Shown here: one piece after another, positions 41,322 through 56,840 of the stretch | Numbering within the stretch: the stretch's first letter is position 1 | Layout: the number at the start of each line of letters is the position of its first letter | Source of the DNA: Octopus vulgaris | Lineage: Eukaryota | Direction: 5' to 3' | DNA: 64,000 bases | Assembly: GCA_951406725.2 (NCBI GenBank) | Contig: OX597831.1 | Location: 19,654,001-19,718,000 of the forward strand | Program-made: the position numbers and the translations under genes | The notes under the pieces: model-generated | Database searches by the model: none | What the model saw: only the letters and a program-made list of their open reading frames with translations | What the model was told of the DNA's origin: nothing

Positions 41322-41506
41322 TCATATACATGTATCTATGTGTCTGTGCTTGTCCCCAACCACTCGTTGACAACCGGTGTTCATGCGTTTACGTTTCCCG
41401 TAACATAGAATAAGTACTAGGTTTAAAGGTAAGCATTGGGATTGATTTCGTTCAACTAAAACTTTTCAAGGTGTCCTAGCATGGTCGCAGTTTAATGTCT
41501 GGAACA

Positions 41507-41510
<4 letters not shown>
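40865..41510 (+). mobile_element. SINE family A (diverged, interrupted)
   Basis: Head 40865-41025, tail 41340-41510. Confidence 0.6.
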
Positions 41511-41583
<73 letters not shown>

Positions 41584-41789
41584 TGTGCATGTGTGTGTGC
41601 GTGTGTGTATTCTCAAACCCTAAGACTTACCCAGTTTCAGTTAACTTCGACCCTACTATATGAGTGGTACTTTTTTTTTATAGAACACACAGGGACGGAA
41701 GACAAAGTTGGATTTGAAATCAGGACGCAAACTGTCTAAAAAAAATGTGCTAAAGTTTCTCTCAGCACATCGTCTTCTAACTTTCTATC

Positions 41790-42372
41790 TCGCGCCTCCT
41801 TCCGTGAAACGGGAAAGAAGAGCCATTTTCATCGTACTTGTAGCTATGGCGAAAGAATATGTATCGTGGACGCGTCTGAAAGTATTGGAGACAAACACTT
41901 TCCTCTCTGGTCAATCTCTCATCAACTTCTTCTAGTATCACTTGAAGAGGAAGGTGAGAGTAGAGAAGGAAGTTTTGTTTAGTGAATGCTTCAAAAAAAG
42001 ATGGGTGAATGTAACAAGGATGGCACGTGTGAATGACGGAGCCAGCTTGAGCATAATCCTATGAACCAAAAAGAAAAAACGAAGGGAAAAAAGAGACCCA
42101 CTTACTGTAATGTGTTTTCTTTTTGCATGACACTGTTGCCCAAGGTTCCCGTAGTCTTTTCCGTAGGCTTTTATTTCCACGGACAAACCTAATCTGTTTT
42201 CTCTTTTCACACTGACATTTTTGTGATGCACGATCCCCACTTATTTTTTTCCACGATCCCTTTTGATCGAAATCCGACCCCTAATTTTTCATTCTCTTCT
42301 TCCCGAAAAGAAAAGCTCTAATTTGTATTTTGTCCCTTCTGTGTTCAGCCCTACGTAGCCAATAAAGAAATC
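41790..42372 (+). mobile_element. Tx1/L1-clade LINE 3' fragment
   Basis: ..TNTFLSGQSLINFF*YHLKRKVRVEKEVLFSECFKKRW is homologous to ORF 46432; ends AATAAAGAAA + (TCTA)n. Confidence 0.7.
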
Positions 42373-42434
42373 TATCTATCTATTTGTGTGTGTGTGTGTG
42401 TGCGTGTGTGTGTGTGTGTGTGTGTACACGTATG

Positions 42435-43676
42435 TACAGCGTGCAGTGAATAAATTATTGTCTAAATAACACGGACATCTCATTTTAACAGATATATTTA
42501 CCAAAATTACACAAAAATATCTTGAAATACTAAATACTAACATTTTATCAATAAAATTGTCATTGGCTTCAACCACAGCCTCCAGACGACTTTGGAATCT
42601 CCTGCAACTCTTCTGGACAGTGAATACTGTCATAATCCTTGCTTTCAGTTCGTCTTTGGTGTTACAAGGAGTTTTGTTGGTCTCTCGTTCAACTGCTCCC
42701 CACACATAATACTCAAGGGGTTTGCAGTCTGGGGTGTTAGGTGGTCAGATGTTAGGGATGATGTGGTCGCATAAATTGTCTGACTGTATTCTCCCACTTG
42801 CTTAGCATGATGCAGAGTCCTGATGGCAGACATAGGGTCTTCCAGCAGACACCCTCTTGATGCAGGGCAGCACTATCTCCTCCAGGCACTTGATGTAGGC
42901 CTCTGTGTTGAGTCTGAGACCATCTGGGAAGATGAATGGAAGCATAACATCGCCATCACTAGTGATCCCTCACTTCAGACATCATGATGATGACTGGATG
43001 TTTGATTTTTATCCCTTTTGGTACATGCTTTGGGGACACGGCAAGTCAATGGTTGTTCTGTGTGTTCACCATCTGATCCTGGCAGAAAATGTTCTCGTCT
43101 GAGAAAAACCAAAGCATATTCGGTTAGAAGGGATGCTTGAGTTTGTTTGAGAAGCTTTGTAGCGCGGTCTTTCCTCTTGTCCTTGATAGTTTGGGATAAA
43201 AATTGGCCCTTTCTCATCTTGTATGAGGAATAGCGAATGTCTTCATGCAGTACCTGCCTGATAAGAAACTCAGACACTTCCATGTCCCTGGCGATGGACC
43301 CGATTGACTTGGAGATATCGTTGTCAATCATGGCCAGGATCTCACCGATAAATTCAGTTTTTTTCTTATCAGAACGAGCAGAGTCAGTTTTCCGAGCCGC
43401 CGTACTTTCGTAATCACCATTAGATTCATCCAACTCTTTCCGAATCCTCAGACTGACACCCAAACACTTTGAAATGTTCGTATTGGAGTTTGCCAAGCAG
43501 TACAGCATGTAGTTTCCAAATATCTGGCGGAGTGAACTGAGTCATGGTGCTTGTTTTCTCACATACGGTGCCCAACTGACCCTACTATACCGTGTAGTCG
43601 ACAATATCAAAAACAAACAATGCGCATGCGCGAAATTAAAACTATTAAATGGTGAAAATTTACCCATCGGTCCTGT
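42435..43676 (-). mobile_element. Degenerate Tc1/mariner-superfamily element (maT/DD37D-like)
   Basis: Fragments IARDMEVSEFLIRQVLHEDI, PPNSPDCKPLEYYVWGAVERETN, CRRFQSRLEAVVEANDNFID. Confidence 0.8.
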
Positions 43677-44043
43677 GTCTTCCTCTCTTGCTTCGCTTCC
43701 TCCTTTTCCTTATATTCTTTGTTCTAATTCTTCGGTTTATCTTTCGTTTAATCTTTTCTTTCTATTTAACAATTCCTCGGCTCTTCAGTTCTTTGATTAT
43801 TTCATTAATATGCAAATGTGATTCTTTCTTCGATTTCTTCTCTTTATACAATACAATATAAATAATTCAGTTATTTAATATAGGGGCCTTTGAATTCTTT
43901 TCAATCCACGATACACCTCACCTCAAGTAGTTTAACTTTATTCTATACTCAAAAGTCCTCTCAAGCAAATCGATTTTTTTCTCTCATTGAGAAACCTGAT
44001 GTCAAGCAGCTTGGTCTTCTTTTTGACGCAGAAAGACAATACG

Positions 44044-44310
44044 GTTCTATATTTAAGAGATGAGGAATTATACCCGTGGGCATATGGCGTAGTGGTTAAG
44101 AGCGCGGGCTACTAACCCCAACATTCCGAGTTCGATTCCAAGCAGTGTCCTGAATAATAATAATAGCATTAAAAATACCTTAGGAATGAAAAGCCAGGTT
44201 CGAAATTCCCGCAAGATACCTGATGAAGGTTGGAGGGTATATCAGCCGAAACATTGTGTTAACAACAAACAAGATGAGGACAAATATCCGTCAAATATAA
44301 TTAATGTACA
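44044..44310 (+). mobile_element. tRNA-like Pol III promoter + hammerhead element
   Basis: tRNA-like 44078-44151 (A box TGGCGTAGTGG, B box GAGTTCGATTCC); HHR 44215-44260; flanks match the 15361-15594 family. Confidence 0.75.
44215..44260 (+). ncRNA. Minimal type I hammerhead
   Basis: GATAC-CTGATGA-A-GGTTG..CAGCC-GAAA-CA-TT-GTGTT; stem III ACGT>ACAT here, ACGT retained in the 15415-15460 copy. Confidence 0.75.
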
Positions 44311-44351
44311 GAAAAACAAATCTGAAGTATTTTGACATTTTCCATCCAAGA

Positions 44352-44812
<461 letters not shown>

Positions 44813-44857
44813 AAAACATCAACCGTCTAACAATTTCCCCCTCTTTCTTACCAGAAA

Positions 44858-44921
44858 GACCCAGGTTCGAAATTCCCGCAAGACACCTGGTGAAGGCTGG
44901 AGGGTAGATCAGCCGAAACAT
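44858..44921 (+). repeat. Short duplicate of the hammerhead segment (core CTGGTGA)
   Basis: Matches 44191-44254. Confidence 0.75.
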
Positions 44922-45769
44922 ACAGAGCTTTAACCCTTTAACCTCAAATGCAAATCTTCAAACCGTTTAAATTCTTTCTGCATCTCACAACTAAACGACA
45001 AGTAAAAACCCTCAGGTTTTATTTTGTTTAGTACCCACATAAACAAATCCCTTCAAATAGTTTGACAGTTGGTCTATTAATCATCATCATAGTATGGTGG
45101 GGTGACCTACCCAGACCAATAAATCATATTGGTCTTCCGATATGTTTCATCTGTGCAGACCACAATTACATATAATAGCAGTCGTTAGCTAACTGAATGG
45201 CTCGATCCTGGCCTTTGGCAGTTCAGCACTTAGTTCTATTCACCATTGACTCAGGAAGTTAACCTAGTGAAATAGTTCACATCCACCACGTTGCATCCTA
45301 TGATTCCAACATAACCTTGGTTCGGGTAATTTCCAGGTCATAGGCCTTGCCAGTGAATAACCGGTGATTTGGTCCGGAATTGCTTATTCTCATATTCACG
45401 GCTGACCTCTATTTTCATGCTAATCAATCTATAGCTGGAACGCTGACAGGCGCTAGCACAGCAGGCCTGGAAACAATAGCGACTAAAATGTGATCCCACA
45501 TTCATCGGAACCCTGGAAATTCCGAACCGGCTGCTGTTTAACGTCATGTCTATGAAAGGCTGCTTATATACACCCGCATTTTTCCAGTGAGACACTTCTG
45601 AAATGGATCGAAATATCTTTTAACATTCTTTCGCTATACAACATAGATTTAGTCATATGGATTTGTTTGTCCCAAAAGTATGGGATTTAGAGGGATTACA
45701 ACACAGAAATATTGATGTTCTGAATATCATCATCATCATCATAATCATCGTCATTATTATTAATTAGGT

Positions 45770-46760
45770 ATGCCGTTACTCCTAATGCGCAGACACGCGC
45801 TTAGGTTATGCCATCTGCAATGATTTCTGGACGTTTGTGAAGCTCGTCTTTCCGCAGCTCGTCTCCTTGACGGAGCTACAGTCCTGGGTGAAGAAAATAC
45901 CGAGACTGGGCGGCTGGCACCTAGAATGTTGTCAGGCGTCCATAGTCTTCTACTGGATTATTGTGAGTTCCGCTTTAGAAATTTAGAGAGGATTAGTGGC
46001 GAGGTAGCGTAACGACCTTCTCGGGGAGACGCTAGGCTTCGACGAGAACACACTGGCTTGTCTATTCTGGAGAACTCTCCGTTCGGGAACTATCATGGAT
46101 AATTTCCAGATGTCTTTGACTTGGCAGTGCTACCTGGAAGGCGCTACCGGTTCGAGATAAATTCTGCAGGTTCGGATGTGCTGTCAGACGGACTTGTACG
46201 AGGTGCGCGCAGAGTGACAAAACCGTTCTGCACACCCTCGTTCAGTGTCCCGGCATTTCTGACTTGTGGGATTTTGTCAAAAAGCTGCTGTCACATGTGG
46301 AATGGATTCGCCTGTTGGCAGAGTCTTTGGTAACAATCACGCCACCGCACCCCTTCAATCGGGCAGGTAAGGCAGTTTTCCTTTGCCTGGTGGCTGTGGC
46401 GAAAACAGTTTAGTGGACAAGGCTGAAAGGCATGAAGACAGATACATTCCTCTTTGATAGAGCTCTCATTACATTATTCGAGTCCAACTTGAAAAGGAAA
46501 TTGAGGGTGGCGAGGGAAGTGCTGTCCCCGAGTGAGTTTACTGAAAAGTGGGAGAAAGTTGCGAAAAATGGCAAGAGTGGATGGCACCTCTCTAAGTGTA
46601 GACCTGTGAGTCGAAAAGAAGGAATTGGAGAGGTCACTTGCTCCCGGTGTTTCAGGGAAATTTTGGACAGCGGGGTTCTTCGATTATCCCTAGAGACCTT
46701 CCTGTATCAGGAAGGCCACTTCTCTATCATCTTCCCAGTCACTCCTTTCTGTTCACTATT
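45770..46760 (+). mobile_element. Tx1/L1-clade LINE 3' fragment
   Basis: ALPVRDK..CTRCAQSDKTVLHTLVQCP (CCHC finger) and LKRKLRVAREVLSPSEFTEKW terminus. Confidence 0.75.
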
Positions 46761-46821
46761 CTATTATTATTATTACTATTATTATTATGATATTTATTAT
46801 TATTATTATTATTACTATTAC

Positions 46822-46867
<46 letters not shown>

Positions 46868-46885
46868 ATTATTATTATTATTATT

Positions 46886-47516
46886 CAGTAGTTTTATTTT
46901 TATAGTGTGCTTTCACTTCACTACCGAGCGCAGCTCTGTGTGCCTTGGGTATGTGCTGTAATTTGTTGTGATGCTCTGATGGTTATTGTATGGAAAGTGT
47001 TCTGCGTAGGATGTGTGCAGTGCCTAGTAGTGCAATTTTCTGTATGTTATATGTGTTTGTAAGTCCTTGTGTTTTTGTTATGTATTTGTCTGAATATTTT
47101 TTATCATGCCTAATGCACCTACTATGATAGGAATTGTTTCTGCTTTTAGATTCCACATTCTGGTTACCTCTATTTCCAGGTCTTTGTATTCTGAGAGTTT
47201 CTCCATTTCTTTTAGAGACACGTTGTCATCAGCCGGTATTGATACATCAATTAGAAAGCTTTTTTTTTTCTTCATGATCTTTGACAACTATATCTGGTCT
47301 GTTGACCTTAATTTCTCTATCTGTGTGTATCGGCATATCCCAGAGTATGGTTGCTATCTCATTTTCTGTGACCTTTTCTGGTGTGTGCCTATACCATCCT
47401 TTTTCTGTTGTTATTCCATAATGTTGGCATAGCTTCCAATGTATGTAGGTTCCAACTCTGTCATGTCTGTGCTTATATTCCTTCTTAGCCAGGACTGGGC
47501 AGCTAGAGATAATATG

Positions 47517-47519
<3 letters not shown>
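46886..47519 (-). mobile_element. R4/Dong-like LINE 3' fragment (subfamily 1) in (TAA)n
   Basis: Highly similar to 6133-6766, same 3' junction. Confidence 0.9.
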
Positions 47520-47586
<67 letters not shown>

Positions 47587-47773
47587 TGTTTTACTTATTT
47601 CAATGAATAAAATTATTAGAAAAGAAACCACTGAAATTTATTAATTCAAGAGTCAACAATGTATTCCTACTGGAATAAACATAGACTGAAATAAATTTGC
47701 ATAGAGAGAGAGAGAGAGCGAGGGAGAGAGAGAGAGAGGGAGACAGACAGACAGACAGACAGATCGATCGATC

Positions 47774-47836
<63 letters not shown>

Positions 47837-47842
47837 GGATAG

Positions 47843-47874
<32 letters not shown>

Positions 47875-48717
47875 GGAAGGAGGCAGTGAGGGGGAAAAGA
47901 AAGAGAAAATATAAATCAGATTCTTAGAATTCTGAAACATTAGCTGACAAAATTCCATGTCTTCTTTTTCCACTTCATCATCATCATCATCGTCATTATC
48001 ATCATCGCTGTCGTCATCATCGTCATCATCGTTATCATTATAATTATCATCATTGTCATTACAATCATCATCATCATTGAAATAATCATGAGCAGCTGCA
48101 GCTTTCTTAGCTGTGGTTATTATCAGTAACCAAAACTATTTTTCTCATAGGAAGTTCAAGCGAGGGCACAGCGAATTTCGAGCAGGGATTTTCACCGAGT
48201 GAAAACGGGGACAGCAACCTGACACCCTCCCGCAGATATTCTCAGCTTATCACCAACAGTTGTTGCCGTCTCGCATGTTCGTTATTCGAGACACCGCTCG
48301 TCACCCACCACGTTTCATGTTCGAAAAATTATTCGTAAACCGATTTGTTCGTGACAAGAGGTGTTTGTATAACGAGGTCTAAGTCCCCTTACTTACAGTA
48401 TGTCTCGGACGCAGATCATGTGTCGATAAGCAGCTGGAAAAGATGTTTTCCTGGGGTTAAAAAGTAGTAACATAGTCCTCTGCAAAACTGCCATTTTATG
48501 TTGGCCAATAAACTTTATTATAAAGTAAATATGTTATATACTTATTAACAGGTAAATGCATGCACATAACCTTTACTTCTTACCTTATCTTTCGTAATGT
48601 ATAAACAACTGAATATATACATGTTACGTGTATATGTGTGTGTCTGTAAGTATGCACGTGTGCATGCATACGTACATATATATATGTATGCATATGCATA
48701 TATGTATATATTTATAT

Positions 48718-48792
<75 letters not shown>

Positions 48793-48809
48793 CATACACA
48801 CATGCACAT

Positions 48810-48928
<119 letters not shown>

Positions 48929-49333
48929 GGGAAAAATAAGGTCAAAATAGAACAATTCAAACTTTTGGAGAGGTCCAAAAAGAGAGAAAGAGTGATTTCT
49001 AATAAAGATTCATCATATTCATAAAAAGCAGCCAAAGCAAGTAATACGAATATGAAAATAGTAGTTGGAAAATATCGTTTTAGGTATAAAAAATACCATA
49101 AACAATTATAGAAAAATGGTGGAGGAAAAGATGTTACATCAAAATTAGATTTAATATAAAATAGGATTCAATACTTATGCGCGTTTCAAAGGACAATACA
49201 AATATGTAAGAAAAAAATCATAGTATTTATAATTAAATTTATGCATTGTCAATTTCATCAGTATGAGGAATTTTTGTAAGGACATCAAAAAATGTTTAAT
49301 AAAATAAAGTAAATTGAAATAAGATATAAGATA

Positions 49334-49374
<41 letters not shown>

Positions 49375-50208
49375 AACATACTCATGCACATACACGCACT
49401 TACACAAACACACACAATCCCATATACGCATACATACATACATACATACATACAAATGCCGTTTAAACACAGAGAGATGTTATTAAATTGAACTTTAATC
49501 AGCCTCGCTATATTTGCGTAATTTCAATATTCCGCCATTTCTTCAGTTTCAATTAAATACTTATTGTATGTTCTTTATTCTCTGCTGCATCTTCTACTTT
49601 CACAGTTTCGGAGATGCATAAAATGTCACGTGCATGAAATATCCAATCGTTGTGGTACCCCTGAACACTGTATACAATAATTTCATTATTATAAAGAACA
49701 AACGGTGCGATGATGAAAATATGCTTGCAGCAAAGATTTTATAAAATACAACAGTGTGAAATAGAAGCAGTTCTTTATGTTATAGATGTTCAGCAACCCA
49801 ACCATGACTCTCTCTCTCTCACTCTCTCTCAATCACTCTCTCTCTCTCAATCACATTCTCTCTCTCACTCTCTCTCAATCACTCTCTCTCTCACTCTCTC
49901 TCAATCACTCTCTCTCTCACTCTCTCTCTCTCTCCCTCTTTCTCTCTCTCTCTCTCTCTCTCTCACTCTCTCTCTCTCTCTCTCTCTCTGTTTACTTCAG
50001 ACGGTTATTGCAAATGTCATTAACAAGTATTTATATATTCTGAATTGTCGTTTGAATCAACACTGAAGTGGATTTATATATTTTCCTCGTTTCGATCGGT
50101 CAGGCGTTCGATTCATTTCTTTTTATTATAATTTAATTGTTTGCTCTTTTCTCGGCTATTGTAAAGGTCTTTATTTTTTTGTTGCTTTATCCCATTCATT
50201 CCAATAAT

Positions 50209-50301
50209 GAATTCCTGAAGAAAAGCCTAATTTGTGATTTCGAAAAGATTACTTTTCGTTTTGTTTTGAATTAATTAGGCTTGATTACAACTTGTAGACT
50301 C
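50209..50301 (+). ncRNA. Decayed hammerhead with long stem II
   Basis: GAATTC-CTGAAGA-A-AAGCCTAATT..AATTAGGCTT-GATTA(for GAAA)-CAACTTG-TA-GACTC; inner hairpin CGAAAAG/CTTTTCG. Confidence 0.55.
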
Positions 50302-50500
50302 TTTATAGGATTTGTTCCAGCTTTGTATTAAATTATCGTCTACGCTTATATTTTTCATTTCCTTATACTTTATTTATTGATTATACCTATATTGAATATT
50401 TAGTTTTTTTTATATATTCCTTGCTTGGATTGAACCGGCGGCGGACTTGGATATTTAACATTCCTTTGGAGGATTTATGTCCTTACTTCTTATATATATA

Positions 50501-50589
<89 letters not shown>

Positions 50590-50594
50590 ATAAG

Positions 50595-50724
<130 letters not shown>

Positions 50725-50749
50725 TACACGAAGGATTATTTTCAGTTTC

Positions 50750-50975
50750 TTATTTCTTTATTACCCACAATGGCTAAACATAGAGGTGTCAAACAATGAC
50801 AGACAAAGGGATTAAGTCGATTACATCGACCCCAGTAACTGCTACTTAATTTATCAACCCCGAAAGGATGAAAGGCAAAGTCGACCTCGGCGGAATTTGA
50901 AATCAGAACGTAACGGCAGACTAAATACCGCTAAGCATTTCGCCCGGCGTGCTAACGTTTCTGCCAGATAGCCGC
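50750..50975 (-). mobile_element. SINE family C
   Basis: Matches 35695-35920. Confidence 0.8.
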
Positions 50976-50984
50976 CCTTCTTTT

Positions 50985-51125
50985 TCAATTTCTGTCTACC
51001 AAATCTGCAAACAAGGCTTTGGTTAGCCCGAGGCCATAATGGAAGACACTTGCCGAAAGTGCCACACAAGGAACTGAACTCAAGAACGCATGATTGTGAA
51101 GCAAGTTTCTTACTACACAGCCACA
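50985..51125 (-). mobile_element. SINE family A head
   Basis: Reverse complement of the family A 5' part. Confidence 0.7.
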
Positions 51126-51663
51126 CATAAAAAAACAAAAACGTAGCACTGGTTTGACTACAGCTATAATCGCTCTGATCATATAGCTACCAAATTATTA
51201 TTGACCTAGGGCTAAATAACAGTAGCAACAATATCAAACGTCTCTCCTTTATGATCTTACAAGGATCTCATGAATATTCATCACCTAAGACTACCCGTTA
51301 ATTTGCATATGTCTTAAGTCTGCAGTACATCATTATATTTCAAATTACGTCTGTTGCTGTGATCGCAATGTCTGATGTTTTAAACAAATATCTAATTTAC
51401 GTCAGCCTTCACATCTTCTTTCACTGTTGTTCATTTCTAAAAATGTATTTTACTGATCACGTGATCCATCTGTTCAAAGAAATTTTAACATATTACTTCC
51501 AATGTTAACCTCGCTGTTTGTGCAAGTGCAAGCGTATGTACGGTGGGTGTGGAGGTGTATGTATAAACGTACTTACGTGTGTAGAAATACATGATGTGTA
51601 TGCGAGTATGAATGGACGGATGTAAGTGTATATACATATTTTTCATTTTTATGTGTGTCCGTG

Positions 51664-51751
<88 letters not shown>

Positions 51752-51759
51752 ATACATAC

Positions 51760-52498
51760 ATGAGGTCGGATCAATAAGTATCAGGACTGTTGCCATAGTA
51801 ACGAAGTTAAAGCACGCAGAGTAAAGCTGCTTGGCATAGAATGACTTTACACTCAACACTGTATCTTGCTTCCGCTGTTTGCAGCAGTGCTTGAAATGAA
51901 GCGTGTGATCGTCGCCTTGACCATGACAGAGAAAGTTGTTGTCATGGTGATACCTGCTCAGAGGCCTACGCAAAGTTGCAAAAAATGTATGGAGAGGAGT
52001 GTATGAGACACACTTAAGTGTACGAGTTGTTTAGACGTTTCCAAGATGGCCGAAAACATGTCTCTAGCGTCTAACATTCTAGGAGACCCGCAACCAGCAG
52101 AACTGATAAAAACATTGCAGATGTGCGAGCAGCTGTGAGTGGAAATCGTCGAATAACCATCCGTGAGTAATCAGAAGATGTGCAGATTAGTTACGGTTCA
52201 GTTCAGTCCATTATCACTGAAGATTTGGATATGAAACACGTGTCTGCTAAGTTTGTGCCAAAAGTGCTGACCAATAGGCCAATCGGGTCTCAGTTGCACA
52301 AATTCTAAGTGATTGTGTCGAGAACGATGAAAACTTTTGAAAACTTTGCGTAGGCCGCTGACAAGGTATCGCCAAGCTTTTGGCAAAATTTGATGCTCAG
52401 CTTTCTCTCTCATTGCAAAAATCGCTCACTACAGCATACACGTGAACAGACAAACTTAAATTTCACGACTTGCGAAGTAAACACTGCAATGTCACCTG

Positions 52499-52500
<2 letters not shown>
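51760..52500 (+). mobile_element. Mariner N-terminal remnant with inverted 5' segment
   Basis: AYAKLQKMYGEECM..VYELFRRFQDGR and DLDMKHVSAKFVPKVLT; 52332-52372 is an inverted match to 51949-51985. Confidence 0.75.
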
Positions 52501-52571
<71 letters not shown>

Positions 52572-52846
52572 TGTATATGCAATATATGTGCAGAGATGTT
52601 AATATTACTATTTGCTGAATAACGGATTTGCTTCTTTTATTGTTGACTTGTCTGTTGCTTGTTTTCCTCCTTTTTCTTTGTTGATTTCCTGCAAAACCTA
52701 TAAATGATATATAAGAGTCTCCAGAAGTATACAAAAGCTCTTAATCCAGATGCAAATGAGAATCGACAGATTTTCGTTGACGCAAAGATTTCTAGCGTTA
52801 TCTGCATCTGTCTATCTATCTGTCTGTCTATGTGACTATCTATCTA

Positions 52847-52934
<88 letters not shown>

Positions 52935-52964
52935 TGTATGTATATATGTATATACATACACATT

Positions 52965-53011
<47 letters not shown>

Positions 53012-53163
53012 CAAAATTTAGATTCAAATGAATATGGTACTTAAGTTAGATGCACCAGAATTTTGTATGATGTTATCCATATAAATCCATGGGGTGATTA
53101 TAATCAATATAAGTAAAAATATAAAGTTAACTAGAGATGGAATAAATAGTAACAACAATAATA

Positions 53164-54472
<1,309 letters not shown>

Positions 54473-55710
54473 TAGTAAGGAAAGCACGGCCTTATAAAAT
54501 AGTAGAGATGGTTGTGAACTTTGTTCTATGGAAACATATGAAATTTGAAAACATAGGAATAATACAAATCTGTTAAATAACCTTTCTGAACTTGGAGTAC
54601 CTTACATACATCGCACAACACGTACGTTTAAGTATTTTAAATAATAATATTGTGACCATTCCTAAATTTTTTAAATTCTAATTCTTTATAACTAAATAAG
54701 AATGAATATACCATACTAGCTTTTAGTTCAACACGCATAGTTTACTAGATAACTTCTTCGCATATTTAGAATTAAATTCTTTTTTTTTTATAATCTCCTA
54801 TATTAAATAAAATAAATTCTATGTCCCTAAGGAAACTACTCAGTTCATCTTGATTACCTCATTTCCATTTCATAATATATCATTAACCCAGGATATTTTT
54901 ACCTGACTAATTAGCTTTTCTCCGCGGGTAGTAAATGTTATGTCTAACAGATTCTTTAATTTAATTCATTAATAACAATTCACTATCTACTAAATCTGAG
55001 AAATTTACTCTTCTTTATTACTTCTCTTCATAAAAATAAATCAGCATCTACTAAACCTAAGAAAATTATTCATCTTGATTACTCCTCTTCCATTTTTTCT
55101 AACATATATATATTTGACCCCTAATATATTCACTTTATTAATAAGACTTTTGTCCACAGTTATTGAGTATTATGCCTACTCATAATAAATGATAAATTGT
55201 TCTCTGAAATTAATAAATATTAGATTTATAATTTCTCCTTTAATCCAACGTATCAAAATAATCAACACCTACTAGCTAAGTATAAATCTGATCTATATAA
55301 GTATAAAGGAATCTCTGTATTCTCTATAACTTTTTGGTATATAGGTGGTCATTTTAACCATCTAGCATTGACCTAGTTTTCTTGATAAAAAATATGTTGG
55401 CCAAATAGCCTTAAACAGCTTCTAGGGCATTATAACCCCCTCTCTACTTTAATTTCTTTAGGAATAACTTTTGACATTTATTTTACTCCTATTTCTATAA
55501 ATAGAAAATCTCTGTTGTCTCCATTCAATTGAATATACCTCCCCACCTTCTAGCAGTTCAAAATAACTTAAAGAATATTCTTCAGTCAGAAGATAAATTC
55601 TACTACCTTAATGTTCTTAAAATTCAAATCCACATCTTTGTCTATATATCTACCTTCTCTATAATGTTATCAATTAATATTGAAAATATGTATTCATGGA
55701 AAACCTCTAT

Positions 55711-55800
55711 AAATGGCTGATGATTGCTCAACATTTTAAAACTGCTGTAATACCTACAATGTTCAATAAAATCATGTAGCGTGGAACGATCGTACCAAAT
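55711..55800 (+). ncRNA. Decayed hammerhead with long stem II
   Basis: TGG-CTGATGA-TTGCT..AGCGT-GGAA(for GAAA)-CGATCG-TA-CCA. Confidence 0.5.
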
Positions 55801-56099
55801 TACCGAAGATATTCTTATTGCTTATTTTGATTATATATATATATATATACATATATGCGTACGTACACAGACACTTGTATATATTTCTTTTGCTTCGTTC
55901 AGTCATTTGACTGTGGCCATGCAAGAGCACCGCCTTTAGTCAAACAAAATCTTCTAGCATATTAGGAATCTACCTTGGTGGCTATTCCTCTTATTTTTAT
56001 ATGTGATATAATTCATAGTCCTCGGACATTTTTAAGTATGCTATCCACTGGTTTAAATTGGTATTTATCAATAATATTAATTCCCACCCTCATCATTTA

Positions 56100-56150
<51 letters not shown>

Positions 56151-56797
56151 CATACATTTCATACATGTATACATATAATCAAATTAGCTAGCTAGAAAAC
56201 TTCGATGAAAGTAGTAACTTTGTAAACTTATCCGCTTGGGAACACTGGCTTATATATTCCTTCTGTGTTTAGACATGTGCAGGCTTTGATGAGGAGTATT
56301 ATTGATCTTGGAACTTGCCTCTTTCAAATTAATACTTTAATCTAATCGTTCAATAAATTGAGCTCTACGCTCTTGTTTCTTGAAAAGAGTTCACCTCTAT
56401 AATATTTCATTAGCTATATATGCATATGTGTGTGTATGTATGCATATATATGCACATGAACTGAGACAATGATAGTTTAGTCATGTCTCCCTTCAAGGAC
56501 AAATTCATGGTATGTAACTAGAAGACCTGGGAAATTAAAGTGCTTTGTTCAATAGTTCAAGATATGTTATGTGTTGCCCCCTTCTTTCTCGTTAGTGGTG
56601 TAATTAATTGCATTATTAATTCATCCGTAAGTAAAACAATGGACTGATGGCGTAGTGGACTGGAGTGGTGGGGGTGACTAATTAATTTGCTGGTGACCAT
56701 AGTAACGGAAATAATTAACGAGTCTTCACTGGAACTGGACTCCAATAGTTATTATTGTCATTTTATTTTTCCATTATGAATATCATCATCACCATCA

Positions 56798-56840
<43 letters not shown>

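Noticed and set aside
44078-44151. Functional tRNA gene
   Set aside because: T-stem does not pair and the segment is embedded in a repeat; treated as a tRNA-derived head
45100-45600. GC-richer unique-looking segment, possible LINE 5' end or ribozyme
   Set aside because: No motif or second copy identified
56282-56345. TTGATGA + GAGTATTA/TAATACTT stem
   Set aside because: GAAA and stem III are missing; too degenerate to call
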